Shown here: piece after piece, positions 49,101 through 57,431 of the stretch
Numbering within the stretch: the stretch's first letter is position 1
Layout of the letters: each line of letters starts with the position of its first letter
Assembly (NCBI GenBank): GCA_944358675.1
Contig: CALVRN010000003.1
Coordinates: 3,163 to 67,162, forward strand
Direction: 5' to 3'
Source of the DNA: an uncultured Bacilli bacterium
GTDB taxonomy: Bacteria; Bacillota_I; Bacilli_A; RF39; UBA660
DNA length: 64,000 nucleotides
Made by a program: the position numbers and the translations under genes
The notes under the pieces: model-generated
Seen by the model: the letters and a program-made list of their open reading frames with translations, nothing else
The model's database searches: none
Told to the model about the DNA's origin: nothing

Positions 49101-50299
49101 TAAAATTGAATTAATTCATAATATGTACAGCCACTTCTAGTATTACAAGTTCCTGATTGAACAGTTCCAACGTTGTTATAATATCCATCTATTGATTCTC
49201 GATAATTTATATTGACAGCTCTATAGTAACCTGACATATTAGTGTTTTCGTTAAAGTTTTCATCATCTTCACTACCAACATATATAGGTTCTAAATTAGC
49301 TTCAACAAACCCTCCACGACTGTTTCTAGTATAATAAGTGGCGTTTGGGTCGTATTCATCATTTTCATCTTGCAGACGAAAAATTGTACAATCATTTGTA
49401 TAATCTCCGACACTTGGGCGCCATCCTAGACTTGGGGCATCACAGGTGTATTCATTATACTGATTATAATAGTTTCCATCTTCGTCATAGCAATCAGTAC
49501 ATGTACCATAATTAGTTTCTGTTTCAGGTCCTGTAAATATACCACCACTAGAAATAACGGTTGTTGTTGTAGTTATTGTTTCAGATTTATAATATCCATC
49601 TACACTTGGGTATTCATATATGTCTTTAGAGGTATTGACTTTGTTCATTCCCTCATCATTTAAATCATTAAAAACATTATTGAATGATCCATTAACGTAG
49701 CTTACTGCTCCTTTTATCCAAGAAGCATGCATGGTTATTTCAATATCATTTGGAATTCCTCCTGTGTATGTTACTGGAACAGTTAATGTTCTTGTATAGT
49801 AAGTATCATCATATGATATTTTAGCGTTTTGGTAATCGGTTATCCATCCGTTAAATACGGTATCATCAGGATGGTTATTAAATGGGTTATCAATTAATTC
49901 AATGTTAATATAACCGTTTTCCACAGGATAATATTTATAATAAACTAATTTACTTTGATTTTCAGTTAGAGAAACATAACCTGTTTTTTTGGTATTATAA
50001 TCTTCCCCATCATAAGTTATTATTACTTTAACTAAATTATTATCATTATAAAGGTTTTTGTTATTTAATGTAGGTAGTTTTCCATCTGTACTGTTGGTAT
50101 AATTTTGACCAGTGTAATAATAGTAATCACTGTCTAAATCATTAATATATACGGTGTCCTCAATTATACCATGAGAAACTGCCATGTCTGTCCCACTTTT
50201 TATGGCTCCATAGGTAAAGGCAATTGTAGTAATGGATAAAAGAATAGCTAAAAATGTAAGTAGTTTTAATTGCTTATTGTTTTTTATTCTTTTAAACAT
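43160..50299 (-). CDS. giant (2379 aa) secreted beta-solenoid repeat protein (candidate fibre-associated adhesin or sheath)
   Basis: N-terminal signal ...LLTFLAILLSITTIAFTYGAIKSG. The central about 750 aa are made of about 30 tandem 20-22 aa units of the form x-G-x-I-x-N-[VIL]-[YF]-G-G-[GSN]-N-x-x-G-x-[VI]-x-x-S-N-I (NVYGGNN, SVYGGSN, NIFGGGN ...). This is the signature of a parallel beta-helix. Confidence 0.75.
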   Translation of the reverse strand: MFKRIKNNKQLKLLTFLAILLSITTIAFTYGAIKSGTDMAVSHGIIEDTVYINDLDSDYYYYTGQNYTNSTDGKLPTLNNKNLYNDNNLVKVIITYDGEDYNTKKTGYVSLTENQSKLVYYKYYPVENGYINIELIDNPFNNHPDDTVFNGWITDYQNAKISYDDTYYTRTLTVPVTYTGGIPNDIEITMHASWIKGAVSYVNGSFNNVFNDLNDEGMNKVNTSKDIYEYPSVDGYYKSETITTTTTVISSGGIFTGPETETNYGTCTDCYDEDGNYYNQYNEYTCDAPSLGWRPSVGDYTNDCTIFRLQDENDEYDPNATYYTRNSRGGFVEANLEPIYVGSEDDENFNENTNMSGYYRAVNINYRESIDGYYNNVGTVQSGTCNTRSGCTYYELIQFYNNGTEELYNKDETYYYLTTRDTNLVVMTGNTSSTWSSSNTKPFTLTGIYNGHDYNATWNVNNTGVTCYNDTRIEELTINGGTGNANTDPSNNSNTRRVFYGNYFNVKLGRNIKQSGNNVNFVSIIGANAESGSIWGNTTIGSASNPKKYKLEVESGKYNSTSSTYGASTSSRSTILYVEQITVYGNDYDRVTQNNDKLSVYYCASGSWSGRIHSSNDTLISALNTNIKSGSFGTSKLDISTGVYVGGRYGGTHYAPRSIKVEGGYIYNLNGGPLTEETDSKGELNDTFIYMTGGSVDAIFGGAGTTTTYGNRIIQVTGGTVNYSVFGGSNGTDGGNADGAITGDTYVYIGGTATIGTDDNINNNRTLWGAESGSVFGAGNGNTRYATIGSVNNSNIIINDKAVVKQNVYGSGNYGTVGYSGSGTSNTNIQILGGTIGSAFGSGNHSGSGRNGRVTSSINISMTNGTVKDSIYGGSNQEGTVYGSANITLSGGQTKDVYGGGLGSDTYVSQDINIQTTSDNLTVTGSIYGGSAYGVVNATSKTTNQSNYNINININGGNINSVFGGAKGSTSQTPYVGGNTTVNINDGKITNVYGGNDANGQPNGMTAVYLNNGTVTNVYGGGNQTLVTNTHVYQNGSTVTNLFGGSNQSGDVSTSTIIVTGGATTSLYGGNNVGGQTTESDITVNSGDVTTLYGGGKLTDTDTSNILINNGNIGDIYGGGEEASIISSTNIDVKNGNINSVYGGSNKKGDVKTSNIDINGAKINNVYGGNNQGGVTNQTNVNLYNGQIENVYGGGNETNTNTSNVILEGSTCTNIFGGGNNAGIDTSNINLTSGTATNIYGGSNQSGEVSKSNIESNNPQNLNVTNLYGGNNLGGITNDANINLNGGHYTNIYGGGNMTITDKTTVNVNNIDMDGAFYGGGNQAGINTNTNVTFKNSSIKGDLFGGGNLGSVNGNTNVYVSNSNVSSSIYAGGNGASAVVNGNTTLNIDNNTTVGKHVFGGGNAANTGTEEKNNSESKVQIAGATIHGNVYGGANTAILYGIVDLVIGNNTENLIKSDISIDGTVFGGGEANAAGDEDYDYSFISVTKGINIDIDGNNYSNFNISGSIFGSGNASSTEGYSYIDISNYGTFDNYKENISIQRADIVTIKNSAIKLSGTTDRTNEYSDVEFSISRVKELKLANNSTLFLENGTNLLEKFSSLKIDDKEEKATVTINDDGTVTKNVNNRVYMLEGKNLNIATNEAVTNYGEVNGMTFFGMYQLDRNGEVLTAFYNNKYDFGDTVASGEFYAFTSGSYALGMHKTDHDITKDGFYSNYESEENEGTIEVKYIEPTPSDASYYMWVVGETVTTYELSLTASKYSTLGTYELPLVTSSKPNTTFEILGFNYQNLESDFELVSPDEIDRINTEGTADNKMGLSMESSKSGFVTVGSTNFMTDEQTPISGTTNYKSENSSTVPSFIFYLYHSKNLTQEKKLGTVVISLVAITPIDDLNNEVTRININVNLSSALYTDNQYEGAMTPGEKYDLFASTSTNITNKSKLSAYYSLYMETDEPYYKEGYHHALVSNYVLPKNTKITMIDLGGSSPVYYYKVINDEDVIKATNEYQIYKESSYLLSDFIAMGSTNANNNYNEENINNMYYDKDLGILHEEFIFIVDFGDTNISGDMLNNTLLMEMRNQDDQTLISVLGIQHANLTYSLYDKQSATIDISGTLSKNQIYIGDTVNLDLTTNFISPIVNSITVTDTTYYDKKLGTKITIYDSNGNQLNNSSLLGLSYELDGVTYYPRMDGSVRIPLADRVANVYSRLKINTKNTNLNSGNYTMKIESFGSPDGIYYGYQSSDVAEIPFTIINSRFGLDITLNDRFKIIDKDTGFTNYNNNTLIFNMKYSSNLADPNVRISLYRRNYNEVYDMTYTKVNLTDYISNNLIDKGDYTYMFEENPLDNLNKSLYLKENLVSGTYKFVFSLYDGDVYIGDCEEYVIIK
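45900..48300 (-). repeat. tandem array of 60-66 bp coding repeats (Gly-rich beta-helix rungs) inside the giant gene
   Basis: Recurrent ccaccaccata / ccgccaccata (reverse-complement of YGGG/YGGN codons) at regular spacing on the plus strand. Boundaries are approximate. Confidence 0.6.
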
Positions 50300-50320
50300 A
50301 CTACATTCTCCTTTCTATTT

Positions 50321-51307
50321 TTAAGCTGGATTGGTTGTGAATTCTAGACTAAAACTTATGTCTCCATAAGATGCATTATCTTCGCAGTCGACATCTTGTC
50401 CTTCAATCCACATGTAAATTCTTAATTTTGTTATTCCTGAATTTAAGGTTAAAATTTGTTCGTTGTTAGTATTATTCATAACTGTTTTTATATTTGGATT
50501 AACACTTTTAAAGAAATTAGGATATCTATTTGAATTAGCTTCGGTTATTGAAACATTATCTCTAGCAGCTATATTATTAATAACTCCATAATAAGGTAAG
50601 GCGGCGGCGCCTGATGTTGAGGTGTGCAATCCATAAATATTTAAAGCGTTTTGAACACCATAGGTTGTATGGACATCATAATTAGGTTCCCATATAATTG
50701 CATTACTTGCATTATTTAAATTTTGGGCAATATTTGAATTATCTCCACTTGTTCCTTCGTTTAGAAAGGCAACTCTTGTGGCGTTTTCAATACCAACACT
50801 TTGGTCACCTAGATATGTGATTTTTGAATTACTTGATAAGTATAAATCTTTTTGATTAGAAGTTTTAAAAAATATATCAAATGCTATAAAACTTCCATCA
50901 CTTTCTTCTCCAAAACTATTTGTTTCTATGCTTCTATTGGCAACTAAAACGTAGTTTGTTCCACTTGTGTTTGTAGCTTCACCTTTAAACATTTCTAATT
51001 TTCCGTTACTGACATTTCCTCCTGTTGATGTTGGAAATAGTTGATATGGAACTTGATTTTCACTTCCTGGATAAGTTTTAGCGGCATCTTTGATATCATC
51101 AGTGGTTATAACTTGTTTCCAGTTGATGGCATCAGTACTAACTTCTAATCCTCCATCAGCTTGAACATGTACATTTAAAGCATCAATACTAACTACTCTA
51201 TTGGCTGTAAACCAAGCATATGTTGTAGTTATTAGTAAGATTGATGTAAATAAGATTGAGAGTAACAATAATTTTCTTCTTTTTTTGGTATTATTTTTCT
51301 TTGGCAT
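50321..51307 (-). CDS. SipW-cognate secreted protein, paralog of the 341-aa major-subunit candidate
   Basis: 328 aa. ...LLLLSILFTSILLITTTYAWFTANRVVSI. C-terminal RIYMWIEGQDVDCEDNASYGDISFSLEF. Overlaps the upstream gene by 17 nt. Confidence 0.7.
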   Translation of the reverse strand: MPKKNNTKKRRKLLLLSILFTSILLITTTYAWFTANRVVSIDALNVHVQADGGLEVSTDAINWKQVITTDDIKDAAKTYPGSENQVPYQLFPTSTGGNVSNGKLEMFKGEATNTSGTNYVLVANRSIETNSFGEESDGSFIAFDIFFKTSNQKDLYLSSNSKITYLGDQSVGIENATRVAFLNEGTSGDNSNIAQNLNNASNAIIWEPNYDVHTTYGVQNALNIYGLHTSTSGAAALPYYGVINNIAARDNVSITEANSNRYPNFFKSVNPNIKTVMNNTNNEQILTLNSGITKLRIYMWIEGQDVDCEDNASYGDISFSLEFTTNPA

Positions 51308-52004
51308 TTTCTATATGTTCCTCCGTAATTTCCATTTTCAGTTTTATTTCACCACCAATAATGGCATCAACACATTCTGGATCATCACCTTCTAGGTAAA
51401 TGACAATTGTGTATTTGTCATTTTCATTTGGTTTAATATGTTTTCTTTGTTTTAAAACAGCAATGTCATCTGAATAAAATGGGGTTGTACCTTCTTCTGG
51501 GTTACCTGTCAATTCGTTTTTTTTGGCATAAATTATTCTTTCGTTATTTTGATAAATCATTATACGAATTGCTTCATCAACGTTTTTGATGACATCTAAG
51601 ATATTTATTTGATACCAATAATTTATTGTTTCTTTTCCATGGTTACCAACATAAAATGTGTATGCGATATAGTTTTCACCATTATGAGTACCTTCGGCTT
51701 CATTATTAATGTTTTGTGGTAACCAATTTACTGATATATTATCCATAAAATCTATTTCTTTAGCATATAATCTATTTTTGGGTTCTGGATTATCTAAGTG
51801 TTCAAAAAGAACTAGTCCACTTTTTAAAGAAAAGTTTGGATCTAATGTGACTGTGAAACTTCCGCCTTTATAAATTACCATCAACACGAAAAAAATAGCT
51901 AGAAGTAAAATAAATAAAATTATGACTATTCTCTTTGTATACTTAAGCCTCTTTTTTCTTTTTTCTAGTTTTTGGGCGGTGACTTTAACATTTGTTAGTG
52001 CCAT
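51291..52004 (-). CDS. membrane-anchored protein sharing the island's C-terminal E-G-D-D-x-E-C motif (candidate fibre base/anchor)
   Basis: 237 aa. Basic cytoplasmic N-terminus (KRKKRLKYTKR), one TM, external domain ending ...VIYLEGDDPECVDAIIGGEIKLKMEI (compare YMWIEGQDVDCENNASGGKITFDLQL). Confidence 0.55.
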   Translation of the reverse strand: MALTNVKVTAQKLEKRKKRLKYTKRIVIILFILLLAIFFVLMVIYKGGSFTVTLDPNFSLKSGLVLFEHLDNPEPKNRLYAKEIDFMDNISVNWLPQNINNEAEGTHNGENYIAYTFYVGNHGKETINYWYQINILDVIKNVDEAIRIMIYQNNERIIYAKKNELTGNPEEGTTPFYSDDIAVLKQRKHIKPNENDKYTIVIYLEGDDPECVDAIIGGEIKLKMEITEEHIENAKEK

Positions 52005-52077
52005 ACTATCCCTACCTTTATATTCATAATAATTTTATCACATTATGTCAAAGTTTGTAAATAAAAGGGCATTTAAA

Positions 52078-52098
52078 AAGCACTATTTTTTAGTGCTT
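52078..52098 (-). terminator. hairpin aagcacta-ttttt-tagtgctt at the end of the 105-aa gene
   Basis: 8-bp perfect inverted repeat overlapping the stop codon. T-rich flank on the minus strand. Confidence 0.5.
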
Positions 52099-52407
52099 TG
52101 ATTTATTATTTACAAGTCCAAAATCAAAATCAGATTTATCTTTGACAATGCTTATGGACATAGTTTTAAATAAGTCATTTAAATCTAAAGTGTCTTCACT
52201 AATTTGTTTGGTTTCTTCTTTTATTATTTTTTCTTTTTCTGGCATTTTTACATCTTCAATGTCATAATTTTCTATTTCTGACATAAAGTCTCTAATTTCT
52301 TTTTGAAGTTCGTTTGAAAGAGGATTGTTTTTTTCTTGTTTTGATTTAAAAACTAGTAAAAGGGATACTATAATGATGATTAAAACTACTATAATTATGA
52401 TATACAC
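52090..52407 (-). CDS. small membrane-anchored acidic protein
   Basis: 105 aa. N-terminal TM IIIVVLIIIIVSLLLVF, acidic C-terminus. Confidence 0.5.
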   Translation of the reverse strand: MYIIIIVVLIIIIVSLLLVFKSKQEKNNPLSNELQKEIRDFMSEIENYDIEDVKMPEKEKIIKEETKQISEDTLDLNDLFKTMSISIVKDKSDFDFGLVNNKSKH

Positions 52408-52476
52408 TATTTATCCCTCCTTATTCTAGATATATTTTAACATTTTTTTGTAAATCATTCAATATTTTGATTAAGT

Positions 52477-52502
52477 GAAAAAAAAGAACTATTTCTAGTT
52501 CT
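52477..52502 (-). terminator. strong terminator after the type IV pilin gene
   Basis: agaacta-tttc-tagttct hairpin (52485-52502) overlapping the stop, then T8 on the minus strand (A8 at 52477-52484). Confidence 0.65.
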
Positions 52503-53058
52503 AATCTTGTCCTTCGTAAGTTCCTCCAACAAAGTTTGCAGCATCATCAGCACTTTCTAATTCTACATCGCTTTCTGTTCTTGAGCAGAACATTGAGTTT
52601 GGATCAAAAGTTTCTGTTCCTTCTTTCATAGTAGTACAGTAATATTGACCAAATTTCAATTTGTAAGCAATGATATTACCATCTGCTTGGATAGTAACAT
52701 AACCACCTTGTGGCATTTCACCACTTGCTGATACGGCTTGGTTGTTGATATATCCTTTACCATATCCTCCACCTGTAGCAGTTACAGTACCCCAATCTGT
52801 GTTTTGTGAACCTTTACTAGAACCTTTAGGGAAGTTAACAGTAAATGGAATACCTACTGGATCACTATCTACTTGAGCTTGTGAATATGCAACTCTAACA
52901 GCATCGATAGTTCCCCATGCTTTATCGACAGCTGCATTTCTTCTTGATTGTTCGATAACGTTCAAAATGATTGGAGTTGTAATTAAGGCGATAATAGCTA
53001 AGATAACGATTACGGCCAATAGCTCAATCAAAGTAAAACCTTTAGAATTCTTTCTCAT
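52501..53058 (-). CDS. type IV pilin (PilA-like major pilin)
   Basis: 185 aa. MRKNSKGFTLIELLAVIVILAIIALITTPII is the prepilin leader and N-methyl-Phe helix (G|FTLIE). C-terminal Cys pair YYCTTMKEGTETFDPNSMFC is the D-region disulfide loop. AGGAGGTG RBS. Candidate promoter TTGATT - 17 - (TGa)TATATT upstream. Confidence 0.8.
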   Translation of the reverse strand: MRKNSKGFTLIELLAVIVILAIIALITTPIILNVIEQSRRNAAVDKAWGTIDAVRVAYSQAQVDSDPVGIPFTVNFPKGSSKGSQNTDWGTVTATGGGYGKGYINNQAVSASGEMPQGGYVTIQADGNIIAYKLKFGQYYCTTMKEGTETFDPNSMFCSRTESDVELESADDAANFVGGTYEGQD

Positions 53059-53128
53059 CTATTTCACCTCCTCGCCCCTATTCTGTTATAAATATATCAC
53101 ATTTTTTTACATAAATCAATCTTTTTTA

Positions 53129-55675
53129 TTATTTTAATTTGTCAAGTATAATATCTAATTCTTGTTTTTCTTTTTTTAAAGTTTCCCTTTCATTTTCAAC
53201 GATATCTTTAGGTGCTTTATTTATATAATTTTGATTTGCAAGTAATTTTTCACGTCTATTAATTGACATTTCTAGGCGATCTTTTTCTTTATATAGATTT
53301 TCTATTTCAGCAGTTTTATTAGCAGAGTTATCATAATATAGAGTTACTTGCTCACCCATAAAATTAAAATATATTGTATCTAATGAATTATAATTTTCAA
53401 TGATTTTATTTTTTAATAATTTGTCAATGATGTTTTTATTATTTATTAAGATTTCATTTTTAAATTCTATATAATTTTCTTTAATGTTGTTTTCTAATTT
53501 AGCTTTTCTAATTTTTTTAATAAGTTCGATAATTTCTTCCATATCTTTACATTCACTAAACATTTCTTTTTGATTATATTCTGGATAAGTACTCAACATA
53601 ATTGATTCTTCGGTATTTGGGAGTTTAGTGTAAATTTCTTCGGTAACATATGGCATGAATGGATGAAGCATTTTTAATATTGCTTTTAATGTTTTAACTA
53701 ATATGGTTCTGGTAGTATTATTCATATTTATTTTTGAAAGTTCAATATACCAATCACAGAAATCATTCCAAATAAAGTTATATAAAATTGAACCAACTAT
53801 GTTAAATTCATATTTTTCCATACTATTTGTGACATTTTTAACTGTTTCATTTAATTTGGTTAAAATCCATTTATCAGATAAATTTAAATTTTCTAATGTT
53901 TCTTCATATTCATCTTCAATATTTATTAAAACATATCTAGATGCATTCCACAGTTTATTTATGAAATTCCATGTTGATTTAACTTTTTCTGGATCATATT
54001 TAACATCCATGCCTGGAGCAGATGAGGTTGTTAAGAAAAATCTTAGACTATCAGCTCCATATTTATCGATTTCATCCATTGGATCAACACCATTACCTAA
54101 TGATTTACTCATTTTTCTACCTAAATTATCTCTAACAAGTCCATGGATTAAACAGTCTTTAAATGGTCTTTCTTTAGTAAATTCTAAGCCCTGGAATATC
54201 ATTCGACTAACCCAGAAGAAAATAATATCAAATCCAGCAATTATAACATCATTTGGATAATATCTTTTATATAAATCAGTTTTATCTGGCCACCCCATAG
54301 TACTAAATGGCCATAAAGCTGAAGAAAACCAAGTGTCTAATGTATCTGGATCTTGAATCCATCCTTCTTCTTTTGGAGCTTCTAATCCAACATACACTTC
54401 ATCGCCTTTATACCATGCCGGTATCCTATGACCCCACCATAATTGTCTAGATATACACCAATCATGAGATATTTCTAGCCAGTGATTTAATGTTTTTTCA
54501 AATCTTTCTGGATAGAAGTTTACTTTTTTATTTTGGTCGTGCTGATTTTTTAAGGCATTTTTGGCTAGAACATCCATTTTAACAAACCACTGTTTAGATA
54601 GATATGGTTCAACAATGGCATCACTTCTTTCAGAGTGTCCCACTGAATGGGTTATTTTTTCTACTCCAAGTAATAAGCCTTTTTCATTTAATTCTTCTAA
54701 TAATTTTTCACGACATTCAAATCTATTTAATCCTTGATATTTCCCTGTTTTTTCGTTCATAGTGGCATCTGGGTTCATGATAACTATTTTTTCTAATCCA
54801 TGTCTTTGACCAACTTCAAAGTCATTTGGGTCATGAGCTGGAGTGATTTTAACACATCCAGTGCCTTTTTCCATATCTGCGTGTTCATCACCAATAATTG
54901 GTATTTTTTTGTCAACGATTGGAAGAATAACACTTTTACCAATTAGATGTTTATATCTTTTATCTTTTGGGTTGACAGCAACAGCGGTGTCACCAAATAA
55001 TGTTTCTGGACGAGTTGTTGCGACATCTAGATACTCATCAGTACCATCAATATAATATTTTAAATGATAAAAGGCTCCTTCTTCATCTTTATAAATTACT
55101 TCTTCATTTGATAGGGCGGTTAATTGAACTGGGTCCCAGTTAATTATTCGCTCACCTCTATAAATTAATCCTTTATTATATAAGTCAACAAACACTTTTC
55201 TTACTGCTTTAGATAAACCTTCATCTAAAGTAAATCTTTCTTTTGTGTAATCTAAAGCAAGACCTAATTTAGCCCACTGATTATGAATGTTTTCGGCGTA
55301 CTCATCTTTCCAGGCCCAAGCTGCTTTTAACCACTCTTCTCTATCCATACTTCTTGGGTCAATTCCTTCATCTCTTAATCTTTTATCGACTTTAGCTTGA
55401 GTGGCTATACCAGCGTGATCCATACCTGGAACCCATAATGTATCAAAACCTTTTAGTTTTTTATATCTTATTAATATATCTTGAAGTCCAGTATCCCAAG
55501 CGTGACCTATGTGAAGTTTACCGGTTACATTTGGTGGTGGAATTACAATGGCATATGGTTTTTTATTCATATCACCAGCAGTAAAATATCCTTTGTTTTT
55601 CCAATTTTCGTATTTGCCTTCCTCTACTTTTTTATGGTCATATTTTTTATCTAACATGATTATCAATCCTTTCAT
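53129..55675 (-). CDS. valS: valine--tRNA ligase
   Basis: 848 aa. [17 protein letters not shown] motif, KMSKSLGN, C-terminal coiled coil. The start may be the in-frame ATG at 55657 (MLDKKY...), which would shorten the overlap with the upstream HD gene. Confidence 0.93.
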   Translation of the reverse strand: MKGLIIMLDKKYDHKKVEEGKYENWKNKGYFTAGDMNKKPYAIVIPPPNVTGKLHIGHAWDTGLQDILIRYKKLKGFDTLWVPGMDHAGIATQAKVDKRLRDEGIDPRSMDREEWLKAAWAWKDEYAENIHNQWAKLGLALDYTKERFTLDEGLSKAVRKVFVDLYNKGLIYRGERIINWDPVQLTALSNEEVIYKDEEGAFYHLKYYIDGTDEYLDVATTRPETLFGDTAVAVNPKDKRYKHLIGKSVILPIVDKKIPIIGDEHADMEKGTGCVKITPAHDPNDFEVGQRHGLEKIVIMNPDATMNEKTGKYQGLNRFECREKLLEELNEKGLLLGVEKITHSVGHSERSDAIVEPYLSKQWFVKMDVLAKNALKNQHDQNKKVNFYPERFEKTLNHWLEISHDWCISRQLWWGHRIPAWYKGDEVYVGLEAPKEEGWIQDPDTLDTWFSSALWPFSTMGWPDKTDLYKRYYPNDVIIAGFDIIFFWVSRMIFQGLEFTKERPFKDCLIHGLVRDNLGRKMSKSLGNGVDPMDEIDKYGADSLRFFLTTSSAPGMDVKYDPEKVKSTWNFINKLWNASRYVLINIEDEYEETLENLNLSDKWILTKLNETVKNVTNSMEKYEFNIVGSILYNFIWNDFCDWYIELSKINMNNTTRTILVKTLKAILKMLHPFMPYVTEEIYTKLPNTEESIMLSTYPEYNQKEMFSECKDMEEIIELIKKIRKAKLENNIKENYIEFKNEILINNKNIIDKLLKNKIIENYNSLDTIYFNFMGEQVTLYYDNSANKTAEIENLYKEKDRLEMSINRREKLLANQNYINKAPKDIVENERETLKKEKQELDIILDKLK

Positions 55676-56372
55676 CTATATATTTCAAAGCTTCCATATA
55701 CACCTGTTCATATATATGTTTGTATTGTAATCTATCATAAAATTTTGTTAAATTTTCTTTAAATTCTTTTAAAAATTCATCATAATTTATATCAAATACA
55801 AAAGAGAATTTTGTGATAATATGATCATTTGGATTTTTACATAGATGAATATCTACAAGCTGATGTTTTTTCACACATTCTAATACTTCTTTAGTGATTG
55901 GTTCATCTGTTTCTTTTAACTTCAAGTCGTTACAATATCCAAATAAAAATAATATATCCATTTTATCGGCATCCCTAATTAATTTAGCATGCATTAATTT
56001 TCTTTTATCTTCTGTTTTATCGATATAAAACTTATTGTGGTTTTTAATGGCAAATTTTATAATATCATAATATTTTTGAGGAATATTAAATTTTTCTATT
56101 TCTTTATTTTCAAATAAAAGTTTAATACCCAAATCTGCATGGTCTATTATACTATCTTTCATTGTATGATATTGCTTTATTTGTATAAATCTACCATAAT
56201 CGTGAAGTAATCCTATAATTTTGGCTATTTCAATATCTTCCTTAGAAAAGTTTAACTTTCTAGCATATTTTTCACTGAGTTTCATGACTCGATATGAGTG
56301 ATTATATTTGGCTTTTATAATTTCATCTTTCATATCAAAGTTATGAACATATTTATCAAAATTTTCTTGCAT
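55647..56372 (-). CDS. HD-domain phosphohydrolase co-transcribed with valS
   Basis: 241 aa. ...IGLLHDYGR...DHADLG...RDADKMD HD-domain metal ligands. Confidence 0.7.
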   Translation of the reverse strand: MQENFDKYVHNFDMKDEIIKAKYNHSYRVMKLSEKYARKLNFSKEDIEIAKIIGLLHDYGRFIQIKQYHTMKDSIIDHADLGIKLLFENKEIEKFNIPQKYYDIIKFAIKNHNKFYIDKTEDKRKLMHAKLIRDADKMDILFLFGYCNDLKLKETDEPITKEVLECVKKHQLVDIHLCKNPNDHIITKFSFVFDINYDEFLKEFKENLTKFYDRLQYKHIYEQVYMEALKYIDERIDNHVR

Positions 56373-56374
56373 AT

Positions 56375-56634
56375 TAACCTCCCAAAAAAAAACTTATAAA
56401 TTTAAGGACGTTTTGAACGTGGTACCACCTTAATTTATAAGTTTTGCTTACCTCAATTAGTTTAACGCACTTCTACGTATTTTTTTACTGTTATTTCAAA
56501 AAATCGGCATGTTCAAGCTACCTTCAATATTATCTATTATTAGTTTTCACCAGTCACTAACTCTCTTTAAATAGATAGATATTTACTCCTCTTGGTCTTG
56601 GCTTTTCTTTAATTATACATGTTTTTCTATTATA
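56375..56634 (-). promoter_or_regulatory. T-box riboswitch leader upstream of the HD gene and valS
   Basis: The reverse complement of 56418-56429 is GGTGGTACCACG (T-box). Terminator arms AACTTATAAATT / AATTTATAAGTT plus a U9 run. AGAGAG and AGUGA elements in Stem I. The specifier is not confidently assignable (GAAGGUAG region; GUA would be Val). Confidence 0.7.
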
Positions 56635-57372
56635 TTACAATAGTTTGGTACCACAAAGGAAACAAGTTGTGGCAGTAGGCGCTAATTTGGTGCCACACTT
56701 TGGACAAACTTTTGGTTTACTTGTGTCAACAAATATTGGGTTTTGTTCTGTTTTTTGTTCTTGTACTTTAGCTTCAATAATAGTTTCTTGTCTTTCATCA
56801 GGTTCTAATGATTGGTTTGAAAATACATTTTCGGTATTTTCGGTAGTATATAAATTTACTGGTGGTTCTTCATTTACTACATTTTGAATTTGATTATATG
56901 AGCCTGGATTAATTAATATATTGTTTTGATTTTGCTGTGTTTGAATTTGTGGTTGATTGTTTGACTCTTTTTCAAAAAGAATATTTTGATTATTTATAAA
57001 TTCTTCAGTATCATCATACATATGAAGCATGAATTTTGGATTTTTAAATACTAATTCTGGAAATTTATACATAGGAATTAATATGAATAGAATTGATTCT
57101 TTAGGGTTTAATTTATATGCTTTGAGTAATTCTTGAATGATGATGTTATAATAGTATAAATTTACGAATGGTATTAATGTTTTATAGAAAAGTGATTTTT
57201 TTAAATCTAATAAATTTACTAAAACTAATCTATTATAAAATGGTACATAGGCTTTCCATGATGGGATTTTTGCACTTTTAAATATTTTCCCCAAACATAT
57301 TTTTACTGTTAAATATACTATAAAAAAGACAATAAATAGTAATAAGAAATATTTTCCTGTGCCTTCAAACAT
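56635..57372 (-). CDS. membrane protein with C-terminal zinc-ribbon
   Basis: 245 aa. 2-3 TM at the N-terminus, Gln/Asn-rich linker, C-terminal CPKCGTKL...CFLCGTKL. Confidence 0.5.
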   Translation of the reverse strand: MFEGTGKYFLLLFIVFFIVYLTVKICLGKIFKSAKIPSWKAYVPFYNRLVLVNLLDLKKSLFYKTLIPFVNLYYYNIIIQELLKAYKLNPKESILFILIPMYKFPELVFKNPKFMLHMYDDTEEFINNQNILFEKESNNQPQIQTQQNQNNILINPGSYNQIQNVVNEEPPVNLYTTENTENVFSNQSLEPDERQETIIEAKVQEQKTEQNPIFVDTSKPKVCPKCGTKLAPTATTCFLCGTKLL

Positions 57373-57431
57373 TTTTACAGCCTCCTTTTTATTATAATTA
57401 TATCATGACATTAATATATTTGAAATAAAAT

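Noticed and set aside
53703-54260. 185-aa plus-strand ORF inside valS, and 54843..55055
   Set aside because: Antisense to a highly conserved aaRS gene. Shadow ORF typical of AT-rich DNA.
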